NCBI GenBank assembly: GCA_029567025.1
Contig: JAKQLT010000058.1
Location: forward strand, 1 to 46,235
Reading direction: 5' to 3'
From: Candidatus Omnitrophota bacterium
GTDB taxonomy: Bacteria; Omnitrophota; Gorgyraeia; Zapsychrales; Zapsychraceae
Length of the DNA: 46,235 nt
Shown: piece by piece, positions 17,475-28,979 of the stretch
Layout of the letters: every line of letters starts with the position of its first letter
Position numbering within the stretch: the first letter of the stretch is position 1
Program-made: the position numbers and the translations under genes
The notes under the pieces: generated by a model
Seen by the model: only the letters and a program-made list of their open reading frames with translations
Database searches by the model: none
Told to the model about the DNA's origin: nothing

Positions 17475-17786
17475 CTGAAATATACATATTTTTTCGGTAG
17501 CCAGGCTATCCCAATCTTAGGATCCTTTAGCTTTGCGTCCCAGCTTTTCAGCTAGTTTGCCTTTGTCACAAAATTTTCTAAAGAACAATAAAAACCTACT
17601 CTAAGTATATAATATTTATAAGGAAAAAAACAAGGTCTTGAGACGCAAAAAGTATGATTTTATGAAAACGCTTTCTTCCTAAGATCCAAACTTATGGATG
17701 AGCAAAGCGAAGAATATAAGCTTGATGAGCGATGAAAATTTTACCTACAAAAATTCTAATTTTTCAGGATATTATATGGAAAAATT

Positions 17787-18377
17787 TTAACAAGACAATT
17801 CTGAAATGATAATAGATCGTAGATTTTGATAACACTTGGCGAGATTATCATTCACAATACAATAACGGTAATGTTTGGATTCTCTGAGTTCTTTGACAGC
17901 GGTTTTGAATCGAAGATTGAAAATCTTTTTGTTTTCTGTACCACGCAGAGCCAGCCGTTTTTTTAATTCTTTCAAAGAGGGCGTTTTGACAAAAATACCA
18001 ACTGCTTGGGGCATTTTTTTAAAAACAACTTTCGCGCCTTTGACATCAATGGCTAATAAAACACTTTTTCCTTTTTTTAGCAAATTCTCGACGTATTTTT
18101 TTGGTGTTCCGTAATAATGATCGAACACTTTCATGCTTTCTAAAAAATCACCTTTTTTCTTTTTTGCTAAAAATTGTTTTTTGCTGATAAAAAAATAATC
18201 ACGTCCGTCTTTTTCGCCCACACGCGGATTTCTCGTCGTGACAGAAACAGAACGCTTTAATATATTTTTAAATTTTTTATCGTGAAGAAGTTTTTGATAT
18301 AACGTTGTTTTGCCAGAGCCCGACGGACCAGAAAGAATAAAAACTTTTCCCTTCAAAGACAATGGAGTTTTTTTCAT
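17787..18377 (-). CDS. gmk: Guanylate kinase
   Basis: P-loop GPSGSGKTT and SVTTRNPRVGEKDGRDYFF motif. Confidence 0.93.
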   Translation of the reverse strand: MKKTPLSLKGKVFILSGPSGSGKTTLYQKLLHDKKFKNILKRSVSVTTRNPRVGEKDGRDYFFISKKQFLAKKKKGDFLESMKVFDHYYGTPKKYVENLLKKGKSVLLAIDVKGAKVVFKKMPQAVGIFVKTPSLKELKKRLALRGTENKKIFNLRFKTAVKELRESKHYRYCIVNDNLAKCYQNLRSIIISELSC

Positions 18378-19199
18378 CTATTCAATATTTTGGGCTTGTT
18401 CGCGGATTTTTTCAATTTTGCTTTTTAGCGCAATAACATGGGATGTCACAATTTTATCCTGAAGCTTAGAGCCCATCGTGTTTGTTTCGCGCTGCATTTC
18501 CTGCGCCACAAAATCAATTTTCTTTCCGACGGCTACATCGCTTTTTAAAAGCATTTTCATCTCTTGAATATGATGAAACATGCGTGAAATCTCTTCATGA
18601 ATATCCACGCCTTTCTCAAACGATTTATATTCATCCGACGGTAATTGCGCCTTTTTTTCTTTTAAAACCTCATCACTGCGTTTTTTGATCTGCCTTAACG
18701 CGTTGGTCATTTTATTCATCTGAACGGTTAAATCGCACGCTAAACTTTTTCCTTCACGCTTACGCATATTTAATAAACTCACAATCGCCTGCTGAATGCC
18801 ATTTTCAATTTGCGGCCACAAGACTTCAGGAGTAATCAATTCTTCTTTATTTTCAAAAACACCTGGCAATTTAATGACATCCGCAATGCCCACATCATAT
18901 TTAAGACCAAATTCTTTACTAATATCTTTGGCATATTTTAAATATTTCCGCACAACGCCTTTATTAAGAGACACATTTTCCGACGATCTCTGGGAAACTT
19001 TAACCGAAACCGTAATGCGTCCGCGCGCGATCATTTTCTGAATCATCTGGCGGATTTTCTCTTCATTTGATGCCCAGCCAATCGGCAGATAATAATTCAC
19101 GTCCAAATAACGATGATTCACGCTTTTGATTTCAATCACCGCTTTAATTGTTTTCGTGGAAATCTCAACGCTTCCAAAACCCGTCATACCTTTTATCAT
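18378..19199 (-). CDS. yicC: YicC-family protein
   Basis: MTGFG..EIKSVNHRYLD N-terminal signature and a C-terminal DUF1732-like region (REQAQNIE). It abuts the gmk start. Confidence 0.88.
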   Translation of the reverse strand: MIKGMTGFGSVEISTKTIKAVIEIKSVNHRYLDVNYYLPIGWASNEEKIRQMIQKMIARGRITVSVKVSQRSSENVSLNKGVVRKYLKYAKDISKEFGLKYDVGIADVIKLPGVFENKEELITPEVLWPQIENGIQQAIVSLLNMRKREGKSLACDLTVQMNKMTNALRQIKKRSDEVLKEKKAQLPSDEYKSFEKGVDIHEEISRMFHHIQEMKMLLKSDVAVGKKIDFVAQEMQRETNTMGSKLQDKIVTSHVIALKSKIEKIREQAQNIE

Positions 19200-20059
19200 A
19201 GATTGTCCTTTTTAATCATCACGCGGATGATTCTGTCTAAATCTTCCAACGAATAAAAATCAATAACAATTTTCCCTCTTTTTTTCTTTCCCTCAATACG
19301 CACTTTTGTTCCTAAAAATTTCTGCAAACTTTCTTCTATCAAAAGAATTTCATTCGATTTTGTTTTTTGTTTCTTTTCCCGCCGAGAAAATCCTTTGCCT
19401 TTGAGCTGAATCACATTTTCCAGCTCACGCACGGACATTTCTTTACGCAAAAGGATTTCAAAAAGCATGTTGCGCTCCACATCAGATTCCACACTTAATA
19501 ACGTGCGCGCGTGCCCAACGGATATTTTTCCTTCTGAAACAGCTTTTTTCATCACATCAGATAATTTTAATAAACGCAATAAATTGGTAATCGTCGAACG
19601 ATCTTTACCAACAGATTTCGCGATGGCTTCCTGCGTGTATTGAAATTCATTCATCAACTTTTCATATCCTTGCGCTTCTTCTATCGGGTTTAATTCTTCC
19701 CGCTGAATATTTTCAATCAGCGCGATGACAAAAGCTTCCTGGTCGGAAACATCTTTAATAATAACCGGCACTTGTTCTAAATGTAACGCGCGCGCGGCTT
19801 TTAAACGACGCTCGCCGGCAATCACTTCATAACCGCCATTTTTCGGACGCACTAAAATCGGCTGTAAAATCCCTTTTTCTTCAATAGATTTTTTAAGCGC
19901 CTCTAAACGATCTTGGTCATATTTTGTTCGCGGCTGTTTTGAATTATCTTGAATATCATTTGTTTTTAGAAAAAAAATATTTTTTTGGCTTGGTTCAGAT
20001 ATTTTTTCCTTTTCAGGAATAAGCGCGGATAAACCTTTTCCTAACGCATGTTTTTCCAT
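19196..20059 (-). CDS. parB: Chromosome partitioning protein ParB/Spo0J
   Basis: GKGLSALIP, the ParB box (PILVRP..YEVIAGERRLKAA) and an HTH (TQEAIAKSVGKDRSTITNLLRL). ATG at 20059 behind GGAGA is preferred to the TTG at 20071. Confidence 0.93.
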   Translation of the reverse strand: MEKHALGKGLSALIPEKEKISEPSQKNIFFLKTNDIQDNSKQPRTKYDQDRLEALKKSIEEKGILQPILVRPKNGGYEVIAGERRLKAARALHLEQVPVIIKDVSDQEAFVIALIENIQREELNPIEEAQGYEKLMNEFQYTQEAIAKSVGKDRSTITNLLRLLKLSDVMKKAVSEGKISVGHARTLLSVESDVERNMLFEILLRKEMSVRELENVIQLKGKGFSRREKKQKTKSNEILLIEESLQKFLGTKVRIEGKKKRGKIVIDFYSLEDLDRIIRVMIKKDNL

Positions 20060-20093
20060 ATTTATCTCCAAATTATTGTTGTAAATTGTTTAT

Positions 20094-20879
20094 TTACAAT
20101 GGCTTATGTAAATCTTCATATTTTATTCCTAAAATTTCATAAGCTAATTCTTTATATTTTTTAGCTCCTATTGATGTTGGATCATATAAAGTAATCGGCT
20201 TACCATGACTTGGTGCTTCACTTAAACGAATATTTCGAGGAATAACTGATTTATAAACCTGGTCTTTAAAATACGCCTTTATTTCATTAATAACTTCATT
20301 TGTTAAATTGGTTCTATAATCCGCCATCGTTAATAAAACGCCTTCTATTTTTAAATATTCATTCAATCCTTCTTTGACTAATTTAAAAGTATTAAGAAGT
20401 TGTGAAACGCCTTCAAGCGCGTAAAATTCACATTGAATAGGAATCAATATCGATTGGCAAGCCACTAAAGAATTTAATGTTAATAAACCTAATGACGGCG
20501 GAGAATCAATAAAAATAAAATCATAATTATTTTGTATTGGCTCAAGAGCTTTTTTCAAACGAGTTTCGCGTGAAATCGCGCCAACTAATTCAATTTCAGC
20601 GCCGGTTAAATGAATATTACAAGGAATAATATCGAGATTTGGATAAACGGATGGAATTATTGTTTCTTGAGCTGTTGCGCGGTGAAGTAAAACTTCATAC
20701 ACAGATTTCTTTAATTCATTTTTATTAACGCCAACGCCGCTTGTTGCGTTACCTTGCGGATCCGCATCAACAATTAAAACTTTTTTATTTAGTTCAGCTA
20801 AAGCCGCGGAAAGATTAACAGTTGTGGTCGTTTTACCGGTCCCACCTTTTTGATTGCAAATAGCTATAATTTTTACCAT
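20094..20879 (-). CDS. parA: Chromosome partitioning ATPase ParA/Soj
   Basis: Deviant Walker A NQKGGTGKTTT, with ParA/Soj length and motifs. Confidence 0.93.
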   Translation of the reverse strand: MVKIIAICNQKGGTGKTTTTVNLSAALAELNKKVLIVDADPQGNATSGVGVNKNELKKSVYEVLLHRATAQETIIPSVYPNLDIIPCNIHLTGAEIELVGAISRETRLKKALEPIQNNYDFIFIDSPPSLGLLTLNSLVACQSILIPIQCEFYALEGVSQLLNTFKLVKEGLNEYLKIEGVLLTMADYRTNLTNEVINEIKAYFKDQVYKSVIPRNIRLSEAPSHGKPITLYDPTSIGAKKYKELAYEILGIKYEDLHKPL

Positions 20880-20900
20880 AAGAAATGATGTTTAAAACAT

Positions 20901-20916
20901 TGTTTCACGTGAAACA
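20901..20916. promoter_or_regulatory. parS centromere-like site (perfect consensus)
   Basis: tgtttcacgtgaaaca equals the 16-bp palindromic parS consensus. It lies 22 nt upstream of parA. Confidence 0.85.
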
Positions 20917-20925
20917 TCAATATTA

Positions 20926-20941
20926 TGTTTCACGTAAAACA
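20926..20941. promoter_or_regulatory. parS site (one mismatch)
   Basis: tgtttcacgtaaaaca differs from the consensus at one position. It lies 9 nt from the first site. Confidence 0.75.
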
Positions 20942-20987
20942 TTAAAATTTATAATACATCTTATTTATACAGTTTTTTTGAGAAAAA

Positions 20988-21200
20988 TCAAGAAATGTTA
21001 TTATTTTTTTGCGGCTTTAAAGAAACTTTAATTTTTGCTAATTTTCCGCCGACCATGCCAAAAAGACCTTTTTTTTCTTCGCAGACAATTTTTACAATAA
21101 TTTCATCCCTGGAAACTTTTAAAAAATCTAACGCCTTTTCAACAGCTTCTTCAATATCAGATCCTTCAAATTCCCATACTTTTTTAACAAATTCTTTCAA
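20988..21200 (-). CDS. jag: Jag N-terminal-domain protein (no KH/R3H part)
   Basis: 70 aa immediately after yidC. The ..EEAVEKALDFLKVSRDEIIVKIV.. pattern matches Jag_N. The protein is too short to contain the KH and R3H domains. Confidence 0.7.
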   Translation of the reverse strand: MKEFVKKVWEFEGSDIEEAVEKALDFLKVSRDEIIVKIVCEEKKGLFGMVGGKLAKIKVSLKPQKNNNIS

Positions 21201-21201
21201 T

Positions 21202-22794
21202 TTACGCCACCTTTGTTTCTCTTGATATTTTTAATTGCGTAATCGTTGAAAGCAAATAAAACATAGTAAAATACAAAGTCAATCCGCTTGCAAAACGATA
21301 AAATAAAAATCCTAACATTAAAGGAAATATAAACATCATCATTTTTTGCTGTTGAACTTGCATAGGATCAGAGCTTGCCATATTCGCAGATGTCAATTTT
21401 TGTTGATAAAACATAATAAAAATCATTAAAATAGGCAAAATATTAATTTCATTGCCTATTATAGGAAAACTCGCAGGAAGAATAAAAATCCTATCCGGAA
21501 GAGATAAATCTTTAATCCATAAGAAATCAGCGCCTTTAAATGATACTGAACGCCACAAAACTTGATATAATCCAACAAAAATCGGCATTTGTAATAACAT
21601 TGGCAAACATCCGCCCAAAGGATTAATTTTATGCTCTTTATAAAGCTCCATTATTTCTTGATTTGCTTTTTGCGGGCTATTCTTATGTTTTTCTTGAATT
21701 TTCTTCATTAATGGCTGTAATGCCTGCATTTTCTTCATAGAAACTAAACTACGAATTGTTAAAGGATATGTTGCCAAATAAATAATTATGCTTATTAAAA
21801 TAATACAAACTCCCCAATTAGGAATAACTTTATAAATCATATTCATCGTATGATCAATCGCTTTTGCAACAGCGTCGAAAAACCCTGACCTATAATACCT
21901 TTTAATCTCTAATAAATTATATTTTTTTAAAATATCTGTTATTTCTGGACCAGCAAATATTAACGACGAATACGATATTTCATTATTATTTTCTGATTGG
22001 ACATCAAAACCAATAGCCAATTTCTTTTCATTAATATATTCTATTGAATAACCGGAAACTTTATATTCTGGAACAACAATCAAAGAAAAGAATCTATCTC
22101 TAAAACCAACCCAATTAACATTAACAGAATTTACTTTATTTTCTTTTTCAGTAAACTTAAACGCCTTTGCTTTACGATCAATTTCGTTTTCTATACTAAT
22201 CGCATATTCAAATAATGAATTATCATGAATATTATTTCCTTTATTTCGATCAATATCCAGATTGGACATATCTAAAATCATTGCTAATTTACTTAAATTT
22301 TTCAGATTGGACAAATTATCTTTATTTTCTAACTTTATTTTCGATTCTACAATATATTCATCAGGCCTAATTTTATAAAATTTTGAAATTTTAATCTTTT
22401 CGTTTTCATAAAAATATTGAATTTCATTGTTATTTATTATTTTTGATGAAAATTCAACCTGATCATATTCTTTTAATCCAGTAATATTTTTTACAGGAAA
22501 ATATTGTTCATATTCATTAATAAAAATTTTATTGATATTTCCGCCTAAATTAGAAAAATCAACAGTTATTTTATTATTTTTTAAAATTTCTATTTTTTCT
22601 GAAAAATCAGAAGGGGATGGGATGAATTCTTTTGCCGAAGAAACATCTTTTTTATTTTCTATATCTTGTTTATTTTCAATCACTTCTGATGCTTTATTGA
22701 CATCTTTAACAACGATAGGCTTTGGCATGATCGCTGTCCAAATAAACAAAACCATAAAAGACAAAAAAATCGCTAAAAAAAATCTTTTTTCCAT
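21202..22794 (-). CDS. yidC: Membrane protein insertase YidC
   Basis: N-terminal TM helix, large periplasmic domain and a C-terminal 60-kDa IMP core (..KKMQALQPLMKKIQEKHK..NPLGGCLPMLLQMPIF..). Confidence 0.93.
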   Translation of the reverse strand: MEKRFFLAIFLSFMVLFIWTAIMPKPIVVKDVNKASEVIENKQDIENKKDVSSAKEFIPSPSDFSEKIEILKNNKITVDFSNLGGNINKIFINEYEQYFPVKNITGLKEYDQVEFSSKIINNNEIQYFYENEKIKISKFYKIRPDEYIVESKIKLENKDNLSNLKNLSKLAMILDMSNLDIDRNKGNNIHDNSLFEYAISIENEIDRKAKAFKFTEKENKVNSVNVNWVGFRDRFFSLIVVPEYKVSGYSIEYINEKKLAIGFDVQSENNNEISYSSLIFAGPEITDILKKYNLLEIKRYYRSGFFDAVAKAIDHTMNMIYKVIPNWGVCIILISIIIYLATYPLTIRSLVSMKKMQALQPLMKKIQEKHKNSPQKANQEIMELYKEHKINPLGGCLPMLLQMPIFVGLYQVLWRSVSFKGADFLWIKDLSLPDRIFILPASFPIIGNEINILPILMIFIMFYQQKLTSANMASSDPMQVQQQKMMMFIFPLMLGFLFYRFASGLTLYFTMFYLLSTITQLKISRETKVA

Positions 22795-22875
22795 AAATGA
22801 AATATTTTAAAATAAAACAATGCCCTTCCTATCACAAGGGCTAAAAATTGTCTCTAAAATATCACTGGTAAATTA

Positions 22876-23013
22876 TTATTTGGAGACGCGTTTACGTCCT
22901 TTAGCGCGCCTTCTATTTAAAACAATACGGCCGCTTTTTGTTCGCATGCGTTTACGAAAACCGTGTTTTCTTTTACCGACAATTTTGGTTGGAGTTTTTA
23001 AATGTTTTTTCAT
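22876..23013 (-). CDS. rpmH: 50S ribosomal protein L34
   Basis: Not in the ORF track (45 aa). My translation is [45 protein letters not shown], with the L34 signature [10 protein letters not shown]. Confidence 0.93.
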   Translation of the reverse strand: MKKHLKTPTKIVGKRKHGFRKRMRTKSGRIVLNRRRAKGRKRVSK

Positions 23014-23546
23014 AGGGTGCAATTATAACATAGGTCTTTTGTTAGTCAAGAGCTTTTCCTGATGCTAAAAGGATAGGTATTGTTATTTTTTTACCGTCGG
23101 AAAATAAAGAATATTCTCACAATAAAAGAAAAAAATATTTTTTAAAGCGTTTAAAGTGCTTCTGCGCGAAACACTTGCAAGCGTGTTAAAATTTAATTTG
23201 AAATGATAATGTTCTTTGTTATAATAACCGCACATTTTCATTTTTTTATAAAACTATCGGCGATTGTAAGATTACAAATCCTCAAACAACAACGCGCCCT
23301 AAAGAAAAAGATTGACAATAGAATAATTTTCCAGTACAAATGAAACCCTTCGGCGTAAAAAACCGAATCTGTTATAACAGCCGAGTCATTCCGACGATGA
23401 TAATAAAAAACGTTTTAAAATACCGTCGTTCATATAAAAATTAAGGCTGTGGAAAACCTGTGAATATAAATTTTGTTTTACTGTAAATTGTTTATTTTCA
23501 ATATTTTAAGAATTTCTTGTTATTCTTAGCACATGTGACAAATCTT
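23014..23546. other. Candidate oriC region (rpmH-dnaA divergent spacer)
   Basis: A 533-nt AT-rich non-coding spacer at the exact point where gene orientation flips from all-minus to all-plus. It contains DnaA-box-like 9-mers and lies 2.1 kb from the parS sites. Confidence 0.6.
23448..23467 (+). promoter_or_regulatory. Two DnaA-box-like 9-mers
   Basis: tgtggaaaa (23448-23456) and tgtgaatat (23459-23467) each match TGTGNATAA at 8 of 9 positions. tgtgaatat recurs at 25022-25030, just before dnaN. Confidence 0.45.
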
Positions 23547-24881
23547 ATGAGTCTCGTCGAAATTTGGAAACAAGCGCAACCTGTCATTCGAGAAAAAATA
23601 GGCGCAACATCCTATGAAACGTGGTTCTCTAATATTGAGGCCCAAAACAAAGACAATAATATTCTGCAACTTCAAGCTCCGGATGAGTTTTTTAAAAATT
23701 GGATTGTCGAACATTATCGCGAACTTATAGAAGCAACGCTTAAAAATCTTTCACAAAACATCGCGCATATTGAATTTTCCGTCAATGAAAATATTATTCA
23801 AGAAGAAAAACGCCTACGTTTAGTAGAGTTCGAAAAAGATTTTCAGCCTGTCAAAAATCATCCATCACATTTAAATCATCGCTTTACCTTTGACCATTTT
23901 GTTATCGGCCCGTCAAATCGTTTCGCGTGTGCCGCGAGTTTAGCCGTCGCAGAATCGCCGGCTAAGGCCTATAATCCTTTATTCATTTACGGCGATGTTG
24001 GCTTAGGAAAAACTCATCTGATTCAATCAATCACGCATAAAATCCAGCAATTGCATCCCCAGCAAAAAATCTGTTACCTGACATCGGAACAATTTACTAA
24101 TGAACTAATTGACGCTATTCGTCATCGCTCAACACCGGAATTTCGCAAAAAATATAGAGAGGTCGACGTTCTTTTAATTGATGATATTCATTTTATCGCC
24201 GGTAAAGAGTCCACTCAAGAAGAATTTTTCAATACCTTTAACAGTTTACATGATAATCGCAAACAAATTATCATCACCTCAGATAGGCCACCCAAAGAAA
24301 TTTCTAATTTAGAAGAACGTTTACGGTCGCGTTTTGAATGGGGCTTAACAGCGGATATTCAACCGCCTGATTATGAAACGCGCATCGCGATCTTACAAAA
24401 AAAAGTGGAAAATGAAGCGGTGAAAGTTCCGCAAGATGTGATTCAATTTATCGCGGAACAAATTAAAACCAATATTCGAGAATTAGAAGGTGCGCTTATT
24501 CGGGTTGCGGCGTATTCTTTATTAGAAGAAAAAAAAGTTACACTAGAGCTTGCGAAATCTATTTTAAAAGATATGGTAAAAGAGACGACTAAAACGATTA
24601 GCATTGAAATGATTCAAAAAACAGTCGTTGATTATTTCAAAATGTCTTTAATGGAGCTGCGATCTAAACATCGCAATAAAAATGTGGTCTTGGCCAGACA
24701 AGTCGCGATGTATTTATGCCGGCAATTAACACATTTTTCCCTACCAGAAATTGGCAATGCTTTTGGAGGTAAAGATCACACAACTGTTCTACATTCTTGC
24801 AAAAAAATAGAAGACCAAATAAAAGAAGATAGCGGTCTTAAAAACCTGGTGATGGAGTTAACCACAATTTTACAACAATGA
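23547..24881 (+). CDS. dnaA: Chromosomal replication initiator DnaA
   Basis: MSLVEIWKQ..TWF N-terminus, AAA+ motifs (GDVGLGKTHL, LLIDDIHF) and a C-terminal DNA-binding domain (..GGKDHTTVLHSCKKI). ATG at 23547 is preferred to the TTG at 23517. Confidence 0.95.
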   Translation: MSLVEIWKQAQPVIREKIGATSYETWFSNIEAQNKDNNILQLQAPDEFFKNWIVEHYRELIEATLKNLSQNIAHIEFSVNENIIQEEKRLRLVEFEKDFQPVKNHPSHLNHRFTFDHFVIGPSNRFACAASLAVAESPAKAYNPLFIYGDVGLGKTHLIQSITHKIQQLHPQQKICYLTSEQFTNELIDAIRHRSTPEFRKKYREVDVLLIDDIHFIAGKESTQEEFFNTFNSLHDNRKQIIITSDRPPKEISNLEERLRSRFEWGLTADIQPPDYETRIAILQKKVENEAVKVPQDVIQFIAEQIKTNIRELEGALIRVAAYSLLEEKKVTLELAKSILKDMVKETTKTISIEMIQKTVVDYFKMSLMELRSKHRNKNVVLARQVAMYLCRQLTHFSLPEIGNAFGGKDHTTVLHSCKKIEDQIKEDSGLKNLVMELTTILQQ

Positions 24882-25030
24882 TTCATTAACATTTCACATG
24901 AAATACACAAAAGAAAAAATTATAACTCGTTCACAGGCAATATGTTTGAATCTTATTCAAGAAATACACAAACCTATTATGACGATGACTATTTAAATTA
25001 TTTTAATTAAGTTAAGGGAGATGTGAATAT

Positions 25031-26119
25031 ATGAAAATCAAAGTTGAAAAAGAAATTTTAATGTTAGGAATTCAAAAAGTTCAAAATATTGTTTCCACAA
25101 GAGCTTCATTACCAATACTTTCAAATATTTTAATAGAATCTAAATCTAATATTTTAAAGATGAATGCAACAGATTTAGATATTGGAATATCCTGTGAAAT
25201 ACCTGTGGAAACGTTTGAAGAAGGTTCTATTACAATTCCAGCTAAAAAATTTAATGATATTATTAAGGAATTACCTGTGGGCGATGTTGTGGTTCATGTG
25301 AAAAAAAATAATCATGTTGATATAGAAGGTAAGAATTGCCGTTTCAAATTAATAGGATTGCCTAAAGAGGAATTTCCAAAATTTCCAGAATTTAAAGATA
25401 AGGAAGTATATCGCATAGGGCAAAAAGATTTTAAAGATATGTTGCGATTAACCAGTTTTGCCGTTTCTCATGAAGAATCGCGTTATGTGTTAAATGGTGT
25501 TTTATTTGAGATTAAAGAAGGTGTTTTGATTTTGGTGGCGACTGATGGCCGTCGTTTAGCTAAAATAGAAAAGAAATTAACACAATCTATTAAAAAGGAA
25601 TCAATGGTTATTATTCCCACTAAGGCGGTTCAAGAAATTGTGAGGAATTTGAAGGATGAGGGGGATGTTTCTTTTATTATTGGCACCAATCAGGTTTTGT
25701 TTGATATTGATGGTTTATTGATAGCGACGCGCATTATCGAAGGTGAATTTCCTAATTATCATCAAGTGATTCCTAAACCATCCAAAAATATGGTGCATGT
25801 TAACACGCAGGAGTTTTTATCAGCGATTAAACGGGCGGATATTTTTTCAACCCCGGATTTTCAGGCGATTAAGTTTGAGGTTTTTAGTAATAAAATGGTT
25901 ATTTCCAAAAATACGCCGGATGTGGGTGAGTCTCGAGAAGAAATTACAGCGCAATATAATGGTTCAGAAATTATTGTGGGATTTAATCCGCAGTATTTGA
26001 TTGAATTTTTGAAAAATATGAGCGTTGAAGCGATTGATATTGAAATTTTAGGTGCGGATAAACCGGCGGTTATGCGTTTGGATGATTATCTTTATTTAGT
26101 CTTACCGATGAGAATTTAA
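25031..26119 (+). CDS. dnaN: DNA polymerase III beta sliding clamp
   Basis: 362 aa. Typical three-domain clamp pattern (..LATDGRRLA.., ..LVLPMRI C-terminus). RBS AAGGGAG. Confidence 0.95.
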   Translation: MKIKVEKEILMLGIQKVQNIVSTRASLPILSNILIESKSNILKMNATDLDIGISCEIPVETFEEGSITIPAKKFNDIIKELPVGDVVVHVKKNNHVDIEGKNCRFKLIGLPKEEFPKFPEFKDKEVYRIGQKDFKDMLRLTSFAVSHEESRYVLNGVLFEIKEGVLILVATDGRRLAKIEKKLTQSIKKESMVIIPTKAVQEIVRNLKDEGDVSFIIGTNQVLFDIDGLLIATRIIEGEFPNYHQVIPKPSKNMVHVNTQEFLSAIKRADIFSTPDFQAIKFEVFSNKMVISKNTPDVGESREEITAQYNGSEIIVGFNPQYLIEFLKNMSVEAIDIEILGADKPAVMRLDDYLYLVLPMRI

Positions 26120-26156
26120 GAATTTTTTGAATTTTAATGGATATTGTCAACGACTT

Positions 26157-28912
<2,756 letters not shown>

Positions 28913-28979
28913 AGATTAAGTCAACTGTCATCGGTTTTTTGATGCGTTTATTTTTTAAAAGAGGAAAGGGTTTTAAGGT

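Noticed and set aside
17480-17600. SRP (4.5S) RNA or 6S RNA
   Set aside because: A GAAA-capped helix is present, but the conserved SRP domain IV pattern (GGAA loop with flanking AGCA/CAGG internal loops) and the 6S closing-stem and central-bubble layout could not be recognised. I keep it only as an unclassified sRNA candidate.
22820-23062. 80-aa plus-strand ORF
   Set aside because: It is the antisense reading of rpmH (L34), which is clearly encoded on the minus strand at 22876-23013.
23526-23714. 62-aa minus-strand ORF at the dnaA 5' end. The same class on the plus-strand half includes 25797-26000, 26070-26366, 26584-26781, 28013-28210, 28232-28522, 28611-28868, 29224-29445, 29460-29687, 30866-31123, 31128-31466, 32529-32762, 33327-33533, 33552-33812, 34887-35081, 35015-35371, 37417-37602, 39742-39963, 40963-41202, 41215-41466, 41801-42046 and 42595-42828.
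   Set aside because: They are alternative-frame or antisense ORFs nested in strongly supported genes (dnaA, dnaN, gyrB, gyrA, pilT, mdh, cpa genes). They have no independent signals.
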